In this document: positions 48,499-58,107 of the stretch, one piece after another | How positions within the stretch are numbered: position 1 is the first letter of the stretch | How the letters are laid out: every line of letters starts with the position of its first letter | Assembly (NCBI GenBank): GCA_041562555.1 | Contig: JBFEXS010000001.1 | Location: 1-64,000 of the forward strand | Length of the DNA stretch: 64,000 nucleotides | From: Sulfurimonadaceae bacterium | GTDB lineage: Bacteria; Campylobacterota; Campylobacteria; Campylobacterales; Sulfurimonadaceae | Direction: 5' to 3' | Notes under the pieces: generated by a model | The model's input: only the letters and a program-made list of their open reading frames with translations | Databases searched by the model: none | Told to the model about the DNA's origin: nothing | Made by a program: the position numbers and the translations under genes

Positions 48499-49182
48499 TT
48501 ATATAGACATTGTTTGATTAAGGTGATCTTTGATCTTGATCAGGTCATCCATTGTACACTTTTTTAGTGAAGGATTGCGTAACAGATGAGCAGGATGATA
48601 GATTGGAACGATAATCCGTTTGTCATAGGGTATCTTTTCACCTCTGGCGTGCTCAAAACTGCCTGCATCTTTGATCAGAGTAGTATACGCAAGCTCTCCG
48701 AGGCAAACGATGATCTTTGGGTCGACCAGTTCGATCTGCTTAAGCAAATAGGGTTTGCACGACGAGAGTTCCGAATCAAGGATCTTGTGTTGATGAGAGG
48801 GACGGCATTTCAATGCATGAGTCAGATAGATGTCATGGAGATTCAGTCCCAAGACATTCTCGATCATCTTCTTTAATGAAGAACCTGAACGCCCGGAAAA
48901 ACTATCACCATTCTCATCTTCTATCATGGAAGGGGAACCGTCAATGAACATGATCTGAGCATTTGGGTTTCCGCCTCCGACAAGTACACGTTGGCGTACT
49001 TTACTCAGGTCACACAAGTGGCACTGCGACATCTGGGCATGGAGTGCATTCAGATCAGAAGGAAGCCTTAGGTCTCGTTCTTGCAGCTCTTTGTTCGCAC
49101 TGACCGGGTCTATATACGAGAATCCCAAAGATTTATAACGGTAAAGAGATTTGAGTAAGACAAGGTTCTGATACGACTTCAA
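48499..49182 (-). CDS. Uracil-DNA glycosylase family 4-like protein
   Basis: CHLC, KCRP and CKPYL (4Fe-4S ligands), IVCLG, YHPAHLLR. Confidence 0.85.
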   Translation of the reverse strand: MKSYQNLVLLKSLYRYKSLGFSYIDPVSANKELQERDLRLPSDLNALHAQMSQCHLCDLSKVRQRVLVGGGNPNAQIMFIDGSPSMIEDENGDSFSGRSGSSLKKMIENVLGLNLHDIYLTHALKCRPSHQHKILDSELSSCKPYLLKQIELVDPKIIVCLGELAYTTLIKDAGSFEHARGEKIPYDKRIIVPIYHPAHLLRNPSLKKCTMDDLIKIKDHLNQTMSI

Positions 49183-49317
49183 AGATATTCCTAAATTTAG
49201 TATCTTAGTCTATCCAAGGCAGCGTTAAATGCAACTAAAAGTGTAGACAATCAGTCTGAAAATGGATATTGGTAACAAGATGACAGTTTAAAAAAAGAGG
49301 TGAAAAAGAGAGGTGGC

Positions 49318-49337
49318 CATAAGGTGGTTACCTTATG
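49318..49337 (-). terminator. Terminator of the superoxide reductase-like gene
   Basis: CATAAGGT-ggtt-ACCTTATG, perfect 8-bp stem, with T runs a few nt downstream on the - strand. Confidence 0.55.
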
Positions 49338-49350
49338 ACGCAAGCAGCGA

Positions 49351-49737
49351 TTATTGAGCTACTTCTACTTCAACCGGAGTTGATTCCCAGATACCGTGTT
49401 TCGTACAGTAACCATGAGCAACCAGGTTAAGTTTTTTACCCATTGGGCGGATGTTGAATGTTACTTCAGCATGAGATTTTTCATTTCCAAGTGTACCTGG
49501 AACAAACTCTGCAGCAGCAAGTTTAGTCTCACCGTCAAAAAGAGTGATACTTTCGATGAAGTGATCGAAATCATCTGGGTGAGTATATTCTTGACCCATT
49601 TTAACGTTAACTGCAAGCATCTCACCTTTTTTAGCTTCACCTGCAACAGTGATGAATGGAGAGTGACGGTCAATTAAATCTTTTTTAGCTTCACGCTCAA
49701 CTGTATCGATGTCTACATACTTATTAATCTTTGGCAT
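49351..49737 (-). CDS. Superoxide reductase-like (class II SORL/neelaredoxin) protein
   Basis: DRHSP, HPDDFDHFI and YCTKHGIW Fe ligands (4 His + Cys). Confidence 0.88.
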   Translation of the reverse strand: MPKINKYVDIDTVEREAKKDLIDRHSPFITVAGEAKKGEMLAVNVKMGQEYTHPDDFDHFIESITLFDGETKLAAAEFVPGTLGNEKSHAEVTFNIRPMGKKLNLVAHGYCTKHGIWESTPVEVEVAQ

Positions 49738-50009
49738 TTTCTGCTCCTAATTGAAATTATGCGGTATTGTAGCCATCTCAATATTTAATTTAACATAAGT
49801 TTTTGAAGTTAATTCTAGTTTCATCTAGATTAAAGGGTGGGAACAATTTTATTTTCAATAGGCAGAGCGGATATTTAACAAATTCTCTTATTTCACCGTG
49901 TTTCGCAATGGATTTTATTAAAGAAGCATCACTTAAAAGAGGTCAGCTTACCTTGCTTTAACCAAGTCTTGGATAGAATCGCAGGATTATTAGAAACATT
50001 ATAAGGTTT

Positions 50010-52031
50010 ATGTCAATGTTACAACCATTATTGATTGAAATTGGTGTTGAAGAACTTCCGGCAGTTCCTCTCCTGAATGAGCTGGAAAATATTGAAAAGA
50101 AATGGTCGAAAGTATTAGAAGAGAATGCTTTGCTGTGTGAGTTTGAATTTTACTATACACCTCGCCGTCTTGTCTTATGGCACAGAGAATTCCAAAGTTC
50201 TCAGGATGATTCAATAGAGGAGTTCTTTGGTGCACCTGTCGCCATCGCTTTCGATGAGACTGGAAAACCTACCAAGGCGTGTGAAGGTTTCGCACGTAAA
50301 TGTGGTGTAAGCGTAGAAGAACTCGGACGCAACGAAAAGGGCGGTAAAGAAGTCCTATATTATAAAAAAGAGATCAAGGGACAGGAGAGTAAGAACCTGC
50401 TTCAAGGGATGATCACCGAGTTTATGAAAAGTCTTAACTTTGGAAAGTCTATGCGCTGGGGAAGCCTGAGCGAAAGTTTTATCCGTCCGATTCGATGGTT
50501 GAACGTCATGATGGCAGATGAGTTGGTACCGGTTGAATTGTTCGGTGTGCATTCATCAAAGCAGACATTCGTACATAGAATCGCTTCCTTTGAGGGAAAA
50601 GCTGTAGAGGGTGTCGAAGCCTATTTTAAATCTTTGCAAGAGGGTTCAGTCACACTTTTCCCGGCACTCAGACGTGAGTCTATCCTTGAAGGGTTTAAAA
50701 ACATAGAAACAGAAGCAGGCTTGCAGATTGAAAGGGATGAAGAACTTTTAGACGAAGTCGTCGCTATTACCGAAAACCCGGTGGCACTTCTGGGGTCTTT
50801 TGATGAAGAGTTTTTACGTCTGCCTCCTGAAGTCATCATTGCATCTATGAAAGAGCATCAACGCTATTTTCCTGTGTTCAAAGAGGGTGTCTTGACAAAT
50901 AAGTTTGTTGTCGTTTCCAATGCTCTTACAGAGGATTATTCTAAAGTCATCGAAGGAAACGAGAAGGTGCTTCGTCCGCGTTTGGCCGATGGGCTTTTCT
51001 TTTACGATAACGACCTTAAGCGCACATTGATCAATGACGGACTGGAGAAAGTAACGTTTATGAATGGGCTTGGATCCTTGATTGACAAGATCCAAAGAGA
51101 AAAGAAAATCGGTACGTCATTGGCGGAAGCCTTTGGTGTCGATACAGGGAAGGTCGAACGTGCCATTGAACTTTCTAAAGCAGACCTGATGAGTGAGATG
51201 GTCTTTGAATTTACGGAACTTCAGGGGATCATGGGAACCTATTATGCACAAGCGCAGGGTGAGGATGAAGAAGTTGCTTTAGCGATCAAGGAACAATACC
51301 TTCCAAAGGGAGAGAACTCGGAACTTCCGACAACAGGGGTCTCTGCCGTCGTCGCATTGGCAACAAAGCTTGATACTCTTATCGGGCTGTTTTCCGTTGA
51401 TCAGATCCCAACAGGTTCACGGGACCCATTTGCGCTTAGACGTGCAGTTAACGGGATTATCCGTATTGTCAATGCCTTTGGTTTTGAGTTTGATATCTCA
51501 AAGATCAAGGAGAGCTTTGGTTCAGAATATGCAGACTTTGATTATACAAGCTTGCAAGAGTTCATTTTAGAACGTATCAACCAGTTCTATAAGGTAAACC
51601 CGTCGGTGATCAAAGCCGTTATCGCAGCAGATGATCTCTCATTGTGTGTCATTGATGCGAAAATCAAAGCTCTTCACGAGATTGTCAGTTCAGAAAACTT
51701 CTCTGAGAGTTTTTCAACATTCAAGCGCGTTGCAAATATTACCAAAGACGTGGATATGCATGCTGACCTTGTTGTAAACTCTGCATTGTTTGAAAATGAG
51801 GCTGAGGGCGACCTCTATCAGGCATATACGGCCGTGAGTTCACAGTCATATGAGAACATCGAGTCACATCTGGATGCACTCTTTTCACTCAAACCTCAGT
51901 TAGATGTTTTCTTTGATAAAGTTATGGTTAATGCTGATGATGAAACAGTCAGAACAAATCGAAAGAATCTTGTCTCTTCTGTATACAAAAGCTTTAAGAC
52001 CATTGCCGATATCAAAGAGATATCGATTTAA
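50010..52031 (+). CDS. glyS: Glycine--tRNA ligase beta subunit
   Basis: LLIEIGVEELP, TPRRL, FIRPIRW, EFTELQG, TGSRDPFALRR. Confidence 0.97.
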   Translation: MSMLQPLLIEIGVEELPAVPLLNELENIEKKWSKVLEENALLCEFEFYYTPRRLVLWHREFQSSQDDSIEEFFGAPVAIAFDETGKPTKACEGFARKCGVSVEELGRNEKGGKEVLYYKKEIKGQESKNLLQGMITEFMKSLNFGKSMRWGSLSESFIRPIRWLNVMMADELVPVELFGVHSSKQTFVHRIASFEGKAVEGVEAYFKSLQEGSVTLFPALRRESILEGFKNIETEAGLQIERDEELLDEVVAITENPVALLGSFDEEFLRLPPEVIIASMKEHQRYFPVFKEGVLTNKFVVVSNALTEDYSKVIEGNEKVLRPRLADGLFFYDNDLKRTLINDGLEKVTFMNGLGSLIDKIQREKKIGTSLAEAFGVDTGKVERAIELSKADLMSEMVFEFTELQGIMGTYYAQAQGEDEEVALAIKEQYLPKGENSELPTTGVSAVVALATKLDTLIGLFSVDQIPTGSRDPFALRRAVNGIIRIVNAFGFEFDISKIKESFGSEYADFDYTSLQEFILERINQFYKVNPSVIKAVIAADDLSLCVIDAKIKALHEIVSSENFSESFSTFKRVANITKDVDMHADLVVNSALFENEAEGDLYQAYTAVSSQSYENIESHLDALFSLKPQLDVFFDKVMVNADDETVRTNRKNLVSSVYKSFKTIADIKEISI

Positions 52032-52045
52032 AGCCTGCATATCTT

Positions 52046-53164
52046 ATGCAAAGCTATGATGTCATCATTGTCGGTGCTGGTATCAATGGCTCTGCCTTAG
52101 CCCATGCCCTTCATCAGCAGGGGCAAAAGGTCCTTGTTCTAGAGAAGGATGCCATTGCTTCAGGAGGATCGGGAGCAGCGGGCGCTTTTATCAACCCAAA
52201 GATATCCAAAGCCGGCCCTTTAAAAGAGCTTATCGAAGAGGCATACCGTTTTTCTCTCTCTTTTTATACTCAAAAGTTTCCTGATCTATGCACACAAGCA
52301 CCTTTATTGCATATTGCAAAATATGAAGATGATAATGAGAAGCTCAGGTACTTTAAGGCCAACACAACACTTTCCCAGTCATCTCCTCCTTCTGAATTGA
52401 AGGCACTGTTAAGACCATATTGCACTGCTTTTGAATCCGTCTATTTGAATCATAATGCGATTTTGGAAGCAGCGGAAGTCTGCCAGGCAATGCTTCAGGG
52501 AGTCTCTTTTGAAAAGAGAGAAGTAAAAAGCCCTGAGTACAAAGAGGGCTACTGGTGCGTTGATGAATTCCGGGCAAAAAAAATAGTCTTGACGACAGGA
52601 GCATATGAGAGTGTCGTTTCAGACCCGACGATTCGTCTTAGAAAGATATATGGACAACGGTGCGAGGTAGAAAGTCCTATGGTGCTTAAAACGACGATGC
52701 ATCATGAGGTTTCTGTCTCTGCAACAAAGAAAAATGGCAAGATAGCCATAGGTGCCAGTCATTATTTGGATGAGTCACAGATGCCAAGCGTGCAAAAGGA
52801 GTCTGAAAACCTGATCGCCATGGCACAGAAAAGTTTTGCATTGCCAGAATTAAGCCTGTATGATTCGTTTAGAGGCATGCGTTCTGGATCAAATGATTAT
52901 CTTCCTATCGTTGGACCTGTGGTTGACATCGAAGCAAGTCTGTTGGCAGGGCCGGATGCTCTGAAGGGAAATAAGGATGCCAAGCTTGTCTTTAAAGAGG
53001 GGATGTATATGATAAACGGAGTGGGGGGATATGGGTTTGTTTTAGCTCCCTATCTTGCTTCTATGCTGGCAGATAACTTTTGCAAGGAAAAAGCACTGGA
53101 AGCATATTTGGAACCCAAGCGTTTTTATTACCGGTATGCCAAACAACAGGGGAAGCTGAAATGA
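52046..53164 (+). CDS. FAD-dependent oxidoreductase (MnmC C-terminal-like)
   Basis: VGAGING, ASGGSG, DYLPIVG, GVGGYGF. Confidence 0.8.
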   Translation: MQSYDVIIVGAGINGSALAHALHQQGQKVLVLEKDAIASGGSGAAGAFINPKISKAGPLKELIEEAYRFSLSFYTQKFPDLCTQAPLLHIAKYEDDNEKLRYFKANTTLSQSSPPSELKALLRPYCTAFESVYLNHNAILEAAEVCQAMLQGVSFEKREVKSPEYKEGYWCVDEFRAKKIVLTTGAYESVVSDPTIRLRKIYGQRCEVESPMVLKTTMHHEVSVSATKKNGKIAIGASHYLDESQMPSVQKESENLIAMAQKSFALPELSLYDSFRGMRSGSNDYLPIVGPVVDIEASLLAGPDALKGNKDAKLVFKEGMYMINGVGGYGFVLAPYLASMLADNFCKEKALEAYLEPKRFYYRYAKQQGKLK

Positions 53165-53994
53165 GTTGGCTGAGTTTTCTTGCTATCGGACTTCTGGTAT
53201 ACGCTGGGATATTGTTTGTGGTCTTCCTCTTTCAGACCCGTCTTTTTTTTACACCCACGTATTACAGAGATGATGAGAAGTTTCAAAAAATAGAAGAGTT
53301 CTTAACTCCTTTGGCATTATTGTCCGAAGATGATACCCTGCTTGAAGGGATATTGTATGATCCAAATATCGAGGATATCCTTAGTGACAAGGCTTCAGAA
53401 AGAAGGATTATTCTCTATTTTGGGGGTGTGCAGCAAGACAGTGTGGCTCTGGTGGAAAAGTTCGCCGCTCATTATCCGGACATGCCCTTTATAACGTATA
53501 ACTACAGAGGTTATGGCAAAAGTGAAGGAAAGCCTTCACAGAGTAAACTGTTTATGGATGCTATACATATCTATGATGACCTGGTCATCCGCTATGGATA
53601 TAAACCGGAAGAGATCATTCTGATGGGGTACTCTTTGGGATCGGGTGTGGCCTCTTTCTTGGGTTCACAGCGACAGGTGAAAGAAATCATGCTTATCGCA
53701 CCATACGATTCCGTGTATGAGGTGATGAAACGGCGTTATCCTTTTAGCGGCATACACTGGATCTTGCGTCAGAAGTTCCCTTCAACGGATTTTGTCCCCC
53801 ATATAGACGTCCCCATTCATATCTATGCCGCAAGTGATGACAAGGTAGTTAATATTAAACATGCTAAAATGCTGAAAAATCATGTCAATAATCTGGCCGG
53901 TTTTTATGAATATGGAAATGTCAGTCATGATAGTATCCTGTTTAATAGAGACGTGGTTGAACATATACAAGAAATTTTAAAAAGAGATGAATAA
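53161..53994 (+). CDS. Membrane-anchored alpha/beta hydrolase
   Basis: N-terminal TM, NYRGYGKSEG, GYSLGSG; ATGA overlap at 53161. Confidence 0.88.
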   Translation: MSWLSFLAIGLLVYAGILFVVFLFQTRLFFTPTYYRDDEKFQKIEEFLTPLALLSEDDTLLEGILYDPNIEDILSDKASERRIILYFGGVQQDSVALVEKFAAHYPDMPFITYNYRGYGKSEGKPSQSKLFMDAIHIYDDLVIRYGYKPEEIILMGYSLGSGVASFLGSQRQVKEIMLIAPYDSVYEVMKRRYPFSGIHWILRQKFPSTDFVPHIDVPIHIYAASDDKVVNIKHAKMLKNHVNNLAGFYEYGNVSHDSILFNRDVVEHIQEILKRDE

Positions 53995-54949
53995 GATGAG
54001 TAAAGAAGCGATTATATTACTTAATATGGGTGGTCCCAACAATCTTGAGGAAGTGGAAGTGTTTTTAAACAATATGTTCAATGACCCCAATATCCTGACG
54101 ATGAAAAGTGGTGGCTTGCGAAAATTTGTGGCCACTATGATCACCTTTTTCCGTACAGAGTCTTCCCAGGAAATCTACCGTGAGCTTGGCGGAAAGTCAC
54201 CGATTGTAGGGCATACGAAAAGACTTGTAGTCGCTTTGCAGGAAGCACTTCCGGATGTCTATATCGATTATGTGATGCGGTATACACCTCCTTTTGCACC
54301 GGAAGTCATAGAGCGATTGAAAGAACGCGGAATTGAAAAGATATTTCTCATTCCGCTATATCCCCAATATTCGACTACAACGACGAAATCATCTTTAGAG
54401 GACTTTGAACAGGCATTTAATAATTCGGGTCTGGATGCCATCTTACTGGAGAAGAAACATTATTACGAACTCTCTAAATATAATGATGCTGTTTTGGAAC
54501 GTGTGATCGAAGGCTTGCAGGGAGATAAAAGTGAAGATTACCATCTGATATTCTCAGCCCATGGGCTTCCGCAAAAAATTGTTGATGCCGGCGACCCTTA
54601 TCAGCGCCATGTTGAACGTCATGTTGAACTTTTAAAACAAAAGATGGCCGAGAAGAATATACATTTCAAGAAAGTATCCTTGGCCTATCAGTCAAAGGTC
54701 GGGCCTTTAAAGTGGCTGGAACCATCCTTGGAGACAATGCTGGATAAAACAAGAAATGAGAATGTCCTGATTTATCCAATCGCCTTTACAATCGATAATT
54801 CGGAAACAGACTTTGAATTGGGGATCGAATATAAAGAGATAGCGGAAGAGCTGGGTTTTAGCAAATATAAAGTGGCACCATGTGTGAATGATCACCCGTT
54901 GTTCGTCGAAGCACTGTGTGAACTTTATGAAAAGATGAAGTTCTCTTAA
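53987..54949 (+). CDS. hemH: Ferrochelatase
   Basis: LLNMGGP, PLYPQYS, FSAHGLP, YQSKVGP, WLEP. Confidence 0.96.
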   Translation: MNKMSKEAIILLNMGGPNNLEEVEVFLNNMFNDPNILTMKSGGLRKFVATMITFFRTESSQEIYRELGGKSPIVGHTKRLVVALQEALPDVYIDYVMRYTPPFAPEVIERLKERGIEKIFLIPLYPQYSTTTTKSSLEDFEQAFNNSGLDAILLEKKHYYELSKYNDAVLERVIEGLQGDKSEDYHLIFSAHGLPQKIVDAGDPYQRHVERHVELLKQKMAEKNIHFKKVSLAYQSKVGPLKWLEPSLETMLDKTRNENVLIYPIAFTIDNSETDFELGIEYKEIAEELGFSKYKVAPCVNDHPLFVEALCELYEKMKFS

Positions 54950-54958
54950 GGCCTGAAG

Positions 54959-55585
54959 ATGAAGATTGTTATCTTTGACATGGACGGTACTCTGCTGGAC
55001 TCGGCGAAAGACATCACGATATCGGTGAATGCCGTACGCGAGAACAACCATGGACTCAGCCCGTTGTCCGAGGCATTCGTCATTGAAGCTATCAACAGAG
55101 AACATCGTAATCTTGCAGAACTTTTTTACGGTACCTCCAGTTATGAGAAGAGGGATCAGTTGCTTTTTGAAGAGCATTATAATGAACAGTGTATTCAAAA
55201 CGTCACCTTGTATGAAGGTATCCATGAATCGTTGATGGCCCTGCGTGATAATCAGGTGAGACTTTCAGTAGCAACGAATGCACCGAGTAAATTTGCCCGA
55301 CGCATGTTGGAAGCCTGTGACGTGCTTGAGTGTTTTGATGTCGTGATGGGTGCAGACCGGGTTAAAAATCCCAAGCCGGACAAAGAGATGCTGGAGTATA
55401 TCTTGAAGCGTTATGGTTACGAAACGGGACATCAGGCATTAATGGTCGGAGATAATGTAAAAGACATGCAGGCCGCACATAACGCCGGTATTGAAGGGGG
55501 ATTTGCGACATGGGGATTTTCACCTACGTCGCAACACCATACGGTTTTTAACACACCACAGGAAATATTGGACTTTTTTATATAG
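54959..55585 (+). CDS. HAD hydrolase (phosphoglycolate phosphatase-like)
   Basis: FDMDGTLLDS, VATN, KPD, MVGD. Confidence 0.9.
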   Translation: MKIVIFDMDGTLLDSAKDITISVNAVRENNHGLSPLSEAFVIEAINREHRNLAELFYGTSSYEKRDQLLFEEHYNEQCIQNVTLYEGIHESLMALRDNQVRLSVATNAPSKFARRMLEACDVLECFDVVMGADRVKNPKPDKEMLEYILKRYGYETGHQALMVGDNVKDMQAAHNAGIEGGFATWGFSPTSQHHTVFNTPQEILDFFI

Positions 55586-55637
55586 AAAATGATCTTGTAT
55601 ATGCTAAAATAAAACCAAAAAAAACGGGGGACTTTTC

Positions 55638-56639
55638 ATGGGTTCATATAAACATCTTGTCGGGGCTTTTTCACTTGCCATAGCTTCCGTACTGTTTGCT
55701 GAGAGTAGATTAGACGTCAATGAGGGGAGTGAATATGCACTTTCCGCTATGGATACGGATACACCTGAAACGAAAGAACTGTTGCGTAGAACATCCGAAA
55801 AAAATGGCTTTTTTGGACTTGAAGCTTATGATAAAAACTTTTTTCTTCCGATATCCTATGGAAAAGACAAGCCTCCAAGGATATCAAACAGCTATCCTAT
55901 AGGAGATCCGGCGAACCCTGAAGATGTATTACACGAGAAAAATATGGAAGTTGAGTTTCAGTTCAGTTTGAAAACACAGCTTTTATATAATACGCTTGGC
56001 CTGCATGAATATCTGTATGCAGGATATACGCAACGGGCGTGGTGGCAGGCATATTCGGAGTCGGCACCTTTTCGAGAGATCAATTATGAACCGGAACTTT
56101 TCATGTATATCCCGGCAGAACGTAATTTTGAAAACGACATGGGTCTTAAGGCGCTTAAAGTAGGTCTTTTGCATCAATCTAATGGTCATGATGGATACCA
56201 GTCGCGATCATGGAACCGTCTGTATCTGACAGGAATGTGGCAATGGGGAAACCTTTTTGTCTCAACACGTGCATGGTATAGGATCCCTGAAGATGATAAA
56301 CCCGATGGCTATTTCGATGGCACATCCCCGGGTGGACTTGAACCAAATGCAAAAGGGGATGATAATCCGGATATCTATAACTATCTGGGGTATGGGGATA
56401 TCCGAATGGAATATCTCTATGGAAAAGCGCAGTGGGGTCTGCTGCTCCGCAATAACTTGCGCTTTGACAAGGAAAACAAAGGTGCAGTTGAACTCAATTA
56501 CACCTATCCGATCTTAAATTCCAAAAACACTTTCTGGTATGTGAAAATCTTTCACGGGTATGGGGAAAGTCTGATCGATTATAACCGTGAAGTAAGTAAA
56601 GCATCTGTCGGATTCTCTTTCTCACGAGGACTCTTTTAA
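55638..56639 (+). CDS. pldA: Outer-membrane phospholipase A
   Basis: FQFSLK, SAPFREINYEPE, HQSNG, SRSWNRLY, GYGESLIDYN. Confidence 0.95.
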   Translation: MGSYKHLVGAFSLAIASVLFAESRLDVNEGSEYALSAMDTDTPETKELLRRTSEKNGFFGLEAYDKNFFLPISYGKDKPPRISNSYPIGDPANPEDVLHEKNMEVEFQFSLKTQLLYNTLGLHEYLYAGYTQRAWWQAYSESAPFREINYEPELFMYIPAERNFENDMGLKALKVGLLHQSNGHDGYQSRSWNRLYLTGMWQWGNLFVSTRAWYRIPEDDKPDGYFDGTSPGGLEPNAKGDDNPDIYNYLGYGDIRMEYLYGKAQWGLLLRNNLRFDKENKGAVELNYTYPILNSKNTFWYVKIFHGYGESLIDYNREVSKASVGFSFSRGLF

Positions 56640-56642
56640 AGA

Positions 56643-57269
56643 ATGCTCAAGGGGCTGTTGTACGTATGTGTGCTGATACTCATAAGTGGGTGCACAGTAC
56701 ACAAGAGACTTCCTTCAACCGGGTTTCTTGAGCGCTATGATCAATTAAAGCCCATGCCTTCACATAAGGTACATTTCTTTGCCAAACAAAGGGATGCGAA
56801 CCTTTCCTCATTTACGAAACTTCTTATACCTGATATTCAAGTGGTCACTTTGCCTCAGGATATGTCTGCTTATGACAGAGAACTCTATACACAGATTTCT
56901 GCCTATGCGACAGCCGGTTACAGAAAGATGATAGACAAATACAGTAAAAACTACACTCTGGTGGATGTCGCACAAAAGAATGCACTTCTGATGCAGATCG
57001 CTCTTTCTGCTGTTTCTTTAGATGCATCTGATATCTACAGTGCAGAGGTGATGCCTTTTAGCCTTGATGTAAACACACGAAGTGTATATTCCGGCTCGAA
57101 GGTATATCTGCTTGTAGAAGTAAACACCAAAGATGCATTCTCGGGTGAGACACTTGCCCGTTCATTGCAGGTCGTTACAGACGTGCCTGTTACAGCAATG
57201 GGAAAAGAATTGAGAATCTCAGACCTTCAGCCCGCTATAGATACATGGCTGGGAGGGATCGTCCGATAG
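56643..57269 (+). CDS. DUF3313-like lipoprotein
   Basis: Lipobox ISG-C, TGFLERYDQL, EVNTKDAFSGETLA. Confidence 0.7.
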   Translation: MLKGLLYVCVLILISGCTVHKRLPSTGFLERYDQLKPMPSHKVHFFAKQRDANLSSFTKLLIPDIQVVTLPQDMSAYDRELYTQISAYATAGYRKMIDKYSKNYTLVDVAQKNALLMQIALSAVSLDASDIYSAEVMPFSLDVNTRSVYSGSKVYLLVEVNTKDAFSGETLARSLQVVTDVPVTAMGKELRISDLQPAIDTWLGGIVR

Positions 57270-57330
57270 GAGCTGAGTGTTACCGGCCCCTGTCTTGAAT
57301 CTGTGATTGATTTGTGCAATAATGCCATTC

Positions 57331-57693
57331 ATGAACTACAAAAAACTCGGGAAATGTCCTGTTTGTGAAGATGGGGAGATAGAAGTCCGTAAGATCGAAG
57401 TTGATGGCAAACAAATCAAGCTCTATGCATGCTGCAATGCCCGTTGGACCTTTGAGCATGATCTGTGTGAATTGGCTGATGATGCGACTTGTTCTTATCG
57501 TATTTTCTCTAATCAATTGCTACGTTGGAACAAAAAATCAATTGGTGAAAACGAGATACGAACACTTTTACAAGAGGAACAGGTCAAGGTGCGTTTATAC
57601 AGTGCACGGGCAAAGAAAGAGTATTATAAATGGGCTGTGATAGACCCTGAATATGGATTGAGTGTCGTCTGGGACATTACGATTGAAGAGTAA
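57331..57693 (+). CDS. Stand-alone zinc-ribbon/topoisomerase C-terminal-repeat-like protein
   Basis: LGKCPVC...YACCN...CSYRIF...KSIGENEIRTLL. Confidence 0.65.
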   Translation: MNYKKLGKCPVCEDGEIEVRKIEVDGKQIKLYACCNARWTFEHDLCELADDATCSYRIFSNQLLRWNKKSIGENEIRTLLQEEQVKVRLYSARAKKEYYKWAVIDPEYGLSVVWDITIEE

Positions 57694-57720
57694 ATAGCAT
57701 AATGATATATAGAGAGACAG

Positions 57721-58098
57721 ATGGTTGAAATCCGATGGAACTATGACAATGATGCAAATATGACCGTTGCTGAAAGTGACGACAAAGTCCTAAAGGCATT
57801 TTTCAGTATTGATGATTGGGAATTTGTCCGTCATTTTTATAGAGCAGTTTTAGAAGAAGCAGATGTGGAATATCAAAACCGGCGTTTGGATTTTGAAAAG
57901 AGCTTTGTCTGTCTTGGCATTGATGATGAGGAGACGATCATTGATAAACAAAGTTGTTTGAGAAGTTTTTCAAGGTTGTTTGATGAGATGATCATGGGAG
58001 CCAACGATGATCATCATAATATTCGATATGAAGTCTGGTGGCAGGTTTTTACCGAAACAAATTATCAGTTAAAGCAAAAAATGGAATTATGGGGTTAA
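57721..58098 (+). CDS. Acidic hypothetical protein
   Basis: 125-aa ORF co-oriented within the cluster. Confidence 0.7.
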   Translation: MVEIRWNYDNDANMTVAESDDKVLKAFFSIDDWEFVRHFYRAVLEEADVEYQNRRLDFEKSFVCLGIDDEETIIDKQSCLRSFSRLFDEMIMGANDDHHNIRYEVWWQVFTETNYQLKQKMELWG

Positions 58099-58107
58099 GG
58101 GGTCGTT

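Noticed and set aside
55617..56639. Phase variation of pldA as in H. pylori
   Set aside because: No long C/G homopolymer in the CDS; only an upstream A8 and G5, unremarkable in this genome.
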